Assembly: GCA_030147455.1 (NCBI GenBank)
Contig: JASKZU010000155.1
Span: 1-44,579 of the forward strand
DNA length: 44,579 nt
Direction: 5' to 3'
DNA from: Planococcus sp. (in: firmicutes)
Lineage (GTDB): Bacteria > Bacillota > Bacilli > Bacillales_A > Planococcaceae
The position numbers and the translations under genes were made by a program. Position 1 is the first letter of the stretch. The number at the start of each line of letters is the position of its first letter. The notes below the pieces were generated by a model. It worked only from the letters and a program-made list of their open reading frames with translations. It was not told the DNA's origin and searched no databases. Below, piece by piece: positions 41,222 through 44,579 of the stretch.

Positions 41222-43555
41222 TTGGGGAAAAATGAGCAGTCATTAGATCAACGTTTATTGGCTTTTATGCGTGAAGAAGCATACAAACCATTAACCGTTA
41301 CAGAAATAGAAGAACAGTTTGGTTTTGAAGATGCCGATGAATTTAAGGAATTGGTGAAAACACTCGTCAAGCTGGAGGAAAAAGGGGAATTGGTGCGTTC
41401 TCGTGCCAACCGCTACGGTGTGCCTGACCGCATGAACTTGATGCGCGGGAAATTCATCGGACACGCAAAAGGTTTTGGCTTTGTAGCACCTGAAGAAGCC
41501 GGCATGGACGATGTCTTTATTCCGCCGACTGAAGTGAATGGAGCGGTGAACGGGGATACCGTCATGATTCGTGTTTCCGAAGGATCGTCGGGAGACCGCC
41601 GTGAAGGGGCCATCATCCGCATTCTCGAGCGCGGCACGACAAAAGTCGTCGGCACGTTCCAGGCAAACAAAGGCTTCGGCTTTGTCGTGACAGATGATAA
41701 GAAAATGAATATGGATATCTTTATCGCTAAAGGCGATACGCTCGGCGCAGTCGACGGCCATAAAGTCGTCGTGGAAATCACTGGATGGCCAGAAGGACGT
41801 TTGTCTGCAACCGGCATGGTCACGCAAGTGCTGGGGCATAAAAACGACCCAGGCGTCGATATTTTATCGATCATCCATAAATACGGCATTGAAGTGGAAT
41901 TTCCTCAGGATGTACTCGATCAAGCCAATGCTGTGCCCGAGCAAATCGACCCGAGCGATTTGGACGGCCGCCGCGATTTGAGAGACCAACAAATCGTGAC
42001 GATCGACGGTGCGGATGCCAAAGATTTGGATGATGCTGTACAGGTAACAAAACTTGAAGACGGCACGTACAAGCTCGGCGTCCATATTGCAGACGTCAGC
42101 CATTATGTCACGGAAGGCTCGCCGATCGACCGCGAAGCTTACGACCGTGCGACGAGCATTTATTTGACGGACCGTGTGATTCCGATGATTCCACACCGCC
42201 TGTCCAACGGCATTTGCTCGCTGAATCCGCAGGTCGACCGTTTGACGCTGTCATGTGAAATGATTTTCAACGACAAAGGCGAAGTGCTGTCGCATGATAT
42301 TTTCCAAAGCGTCATCAATACATCGGCACGCATGACATATACGGATGTATATGAAATCCTGGAAAAAGACAACGAAGAACTCAAGCAGCAGTATGCAGAG
42401 CTTGTCCCGATGTTCGAGCTGATGAAAGATCTTGCAGCCATCTTGCGCCAGCGCCGGATGACGCGCGGCGCCATCGATTTTGACTTTAAAGAATCTAAAG
42501 TCATCGTCGATGAAGAAGGCTATCCGGTCGACATCGTTGTCCGTGAGCGGACCGTTGCCGAGCGATTGATCGAGGAATTCATGCTTGCCGCAAACGAAAC
42601 GATTGCGGAGCATTTCCACCATATGGACGTGCCTGCACTATACCGGATTCACGAAGATCCAAAACCAGAGAAATTGCAGCGCTTTTTCGAGTTTATTACC
42701 AACTTCGGAATCGTCGTCAAAGGATCGGGCAATGAAATTCATCCAAAAGCTTTGCAGGAAATCGTCGAATCAATCGCAGGCACACCGGAAGAGCCGGTCG
42801 TTTCCACGATGATGCTGCGTTCGATGCAACAGGCGAAATACTCATCGGAAAGCCTGGGCCACTTTGGTCTGTCGACGGAATTTTACACGCATTTCACATC
42901 ACCAATCCGCCGCTATCCGGATTTGATCATCCACCGGTTGATCCGCACGTATTTGATTGAGAAAGATTTGTCGAAAGCGACAATCGGCCATTGGAGAGCG
43001 GAAATGGACGATATCGCAACACATACGTCCGAGCGCGAGCGCCGCGCGGTAGAAGCGGAACGCGATACCGACGCACTCAAGAAAACGCAGTTTATGGCGG
43101 ATAAAGTGGGCGAGGAGTTTACCGGCATTGTCTCGTCCGTTACGAATTTCGGCATGTTTATCGAGCTTCCGAACACGATTGAAGGCCTTGTACATGTGTC
43201 GAATCTGACCGATGATTATTACCAGTTTGATGACCGTCAAATGATGATGATGGGCGAGCGCACAAAGCGTCAGTTCCGCATCGGCGACGAAGTGGAAGTA
43301 CGCGTCATCGGCGTGAAGCCGGAAGAGTCGTCCATCGACTTTGAAATCGTCGGCATGGTGCAGAATGCGCGCCGTACGCGCAAGGACAGCCCAAAAGTCA
43401 TCCGCAGCGGAAGAAACGGCGACAGCGGCGACAAGCCGAAAAAAGACGGTAAAAAACGCGGCGAGGGCGGACCGGCCCGCAAGCCGAAAAATGAAAAGAA
43501 AAAGTTCTACGAAGGGGCTGCGAAAAAACAGCAGCGCCGCAGCAAGAAGAAATAA
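41222..43555 (+). CDS. rnr: Ribonuclease R
   Basis: [34 protein letters not shown]1 domain, basic tail. Start placed at TTG 41222 (AGGAGG at 41208-41213). Confidence 0.98.
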   Translation: MGKNEQSLDQRLLAFMREEAYKPLTVTEIEEQFGFEDADEFKELVKTLVKLEEKGELVRSRANRYGVPDRMNLMRGKFIGHAKGFGFVAPEEAGMDDVFIPPTEVNGAVNGDTVMIRVSEGSSGDRREGAIIRILERGTTKVVGTFQANKGFGFVVTDDKKMNMDIFIAKGDTLGAVDGHKVVVEITGWPEGRLSATGMVTQVLGHKNDPGVDILSIIHKYGIEVEFPQDVLDQANAVPEQIDPSDLDGRRDLRDQQIVTIDGADAKDLDDAVQVTKLEDGTYKLGVHIADVSHYVTEGSPIDREAYDRATSIYLTDRVIPMIPHRLSNGICSLNPQVDRLTLSCEMIFNDKGEVLSHDIFQSVINTSARMTYTDVYEILEKDNEELKQQYAELVPMFELMKDLAAILRQRRMTRGAIDFDFKESKVIVDEEGYPVDIVVRERTVAERLIEEFMLAANETIAEHFHHMDVPALYRIHEDPKPEKLQRFFEFITNFGIVVKGSGNEIHPKALQEIVESIAGTPEEPVVSTMMLRSMQQAKYSSESLGHFGLSTEFYTHFTSPIRRYPDLIIHRLIRTYLIEKDLSKATIGHWRAEMDDIATHTSERERRAVEAERDTDALKKTQFMADKVGEEFTGIVSSVTNFGMFIELPNTIEGLVHVSNLTDDYYQFDDRQMMMMGERTKRQFRIGDEVEVRVIGVKPEESSIDFEIVGMVQNARRTRKDSPKVIRSGRNGDSGDKPKKDGKKRGEGGPARKPKNEKKKFYEGAAKKQQRRSKKK

Positions 43556-43580
43556 AAAAAGCGGCCATGTGCCGCTTTTT
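43556..43580 (+). terminator. Hairpin between rnr and smpB
   Basis: AAAAAGCGGC-CATGT-GCCGCTTTTT. Confidence 0.65.
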
Positions 43581-43603
43581 CCAACAGTTTGAGGTGAACC
43601 GAT

Positions 43604-44068
43604 ATGGCCAAAGGAGAAGGCAAAGTTATCGCCCAGAACAAAAAAGCGGGCTTTGACTACTTTATTGAAGAAACAATCGAAGCGGGCATCGTACTGCTCG
43701 GTACCGAGATCAAATCGGCCCGCAAAGGCAAAGTCCAATTAAAAGATGCATTTGTCCGGATTCGGGGGGGAGAAGCGTGGATATCCAATATGCACATCTC
43801 GCCTTACGAACAAGGCAACCAGTTTAACCATGACCCACTGCGCTCAAGAAAGCTGCTGCTCCACAAAAAGCAGATCAACGGACTGATCGGCGAATCCAAA
43901 GTGGACGGCGCATCGATCATCCCGCTCAAGATGTACTTGAAGGATGGGTATGCCAAAGTGCTGATCGGCGTCGGTAAAGGGAAAAAGAAATACGACAAGC
44001 GCGAAGACCTGAAAAAGAAAGACGCGAAGCGGGCTATCGACCGTGCGATGAAAGACCACGGGCGTTAA
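43604..44068 (+). CDS. smpB: SsrA-binding protein
   Basis: [38 protein letters not shown]. Confidence 0.98.
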   Translation: MAKGEGKVIAQNKKAGFDYFIEETIEAGIVLLGTEIKSARKGKVQLKDAFVRIRGGEAWISNMHISPYEQGNQFNHDPLRSRKLLLHKKQINGLIGESKVDGASIIPLKMYLKDGYAKVLIGVGKGKKKYDKREDLKKKDAKRAIDRAMKDHGR

Positions 44069-44070
44069 GC

Positions 44071-44099
44071 TTGAAGTCTTCGGTGTTTTCCCTTATACT
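44071..44099 (+). promoter_or_regulatory. SigA promoter of ssrA
   Basis: TTGAAG-N17-TATACT. Confidence 0.75.
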
Positions 44100-44148
44100 G
44101 GTTTTAGTACACTGAAGCTTCATCACTTCCGTGTTCTCTTTTAATTGA

Positions 44149-44500
44149 GGGGACGTTACGGATTCGACAGGGATGGTTCGAGCTTGGGTTGCGCGTCGGA
44201 GGATCGGCTCCGTCATCAACGTAACTTATAACAACTGGCAAAACTAACAACAACCTAGCATTCGCAGCGTAAGCTCGGATCTGCTTTATGTATTCATCGC
44301 CCATGTGGCTGCATAAAGCTCAACTTTAGTGGGATACGGCGACCGGTGCCGTTTGAGCCGGTTGCAAGAGATTCACAAACTAGTCCAAAGAACGCCTGCT
44401 TATCGGCAGACTTTGCGGCGAAACCCCAATAGGTAAGCTACACGCGTAGATGCTCAAGTAACGAAGTCTCTGGACGCGGGTTCGACTCCCGCCGTCTCCA
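44149..44500 (+). ncRNA. ssrA: tmRNA; tag (A)GKTNNNLAFAA encoded at 44237-44272
   Basis: 5' GGGGACGTTACGGATTCGAC, 3' GCGGGTTCGACTCCCGCCGTCTCCA with the G3-U alanine identity pair; tag ORF ends AA-stop; follows smpB; CCA not encoded. Confidence 0.98.
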
Positions 44501-44521
44501 TAGAACTTTATGGAGTTTACG

Positions 44522-44560
44522 AAACGCCAAAATCCTTTTAGAAGGGTTTTGGCGTTTTTT
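44522..44560 (+). terminator. ssrA terminator
   Basis: AAACGCCAAAATCCTT-TTAG-AAGGGTTTTGGCGTTTTTT. Confidence 0.9.
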
Positions 44561-44579
44561 GCGGCTTCAAAAGCGCTGA

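Noticed and set aside
42899..43738. 279-aa minus-strand ORF
   Set aside because: Antisense shadow of rnr/smpB.

Overview
Core-genome segment of a Bacillales bacterium. Gene order and protein sequences are most consistent with Planococcaceae (Planococcus-like; inference). Order: partial acyl-CoA ligase, S9 peptidase, enoyl-CoA hydratase, ABC1/UbiB kinase, a YhjD-like gene, comK, an IDEAL-domain gene, uvrBA, yvlB, a stand-alone amidase, the hprK-lgt-yvoD-ppaX-yvoF operon, hisZGDBHAF(IE), a TPR gene, trxB, yvcI-rapZ-yvcK-whiA-crh, clpP, tRNA-Arg(CCG), a glutaredoxin-like gene, cggR-gap-pgk-tpiA-gpmI-eno, secG-est-rnr-smpB and tmRNA. I saw no prophage, transposase, integrase, CRISPR array or defence island, and no interrupted gene. 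The interesting signal is mostly non-coding: (1) a candidate ~75-nt C-rich sRNA between trxB and yvcI, preceded by four 11-bp-phased OmpR-family (WalR/PhoP-like) hexamers; (2) a LexA-boxed yhjD-like gene converging on comK with overlapping stop codons and no intervening terminator (possible SOS-driven antisense control of comK); (3) a GC-rich, possibly bistable hairpin element after eno; (4) a GAPDH whose CTTNC motif reads CTTNG. Recognisable LexA, SigW, HisR, CtsR, CggR and CodY-like sites are also present. All calls are by eye; no database search was run.
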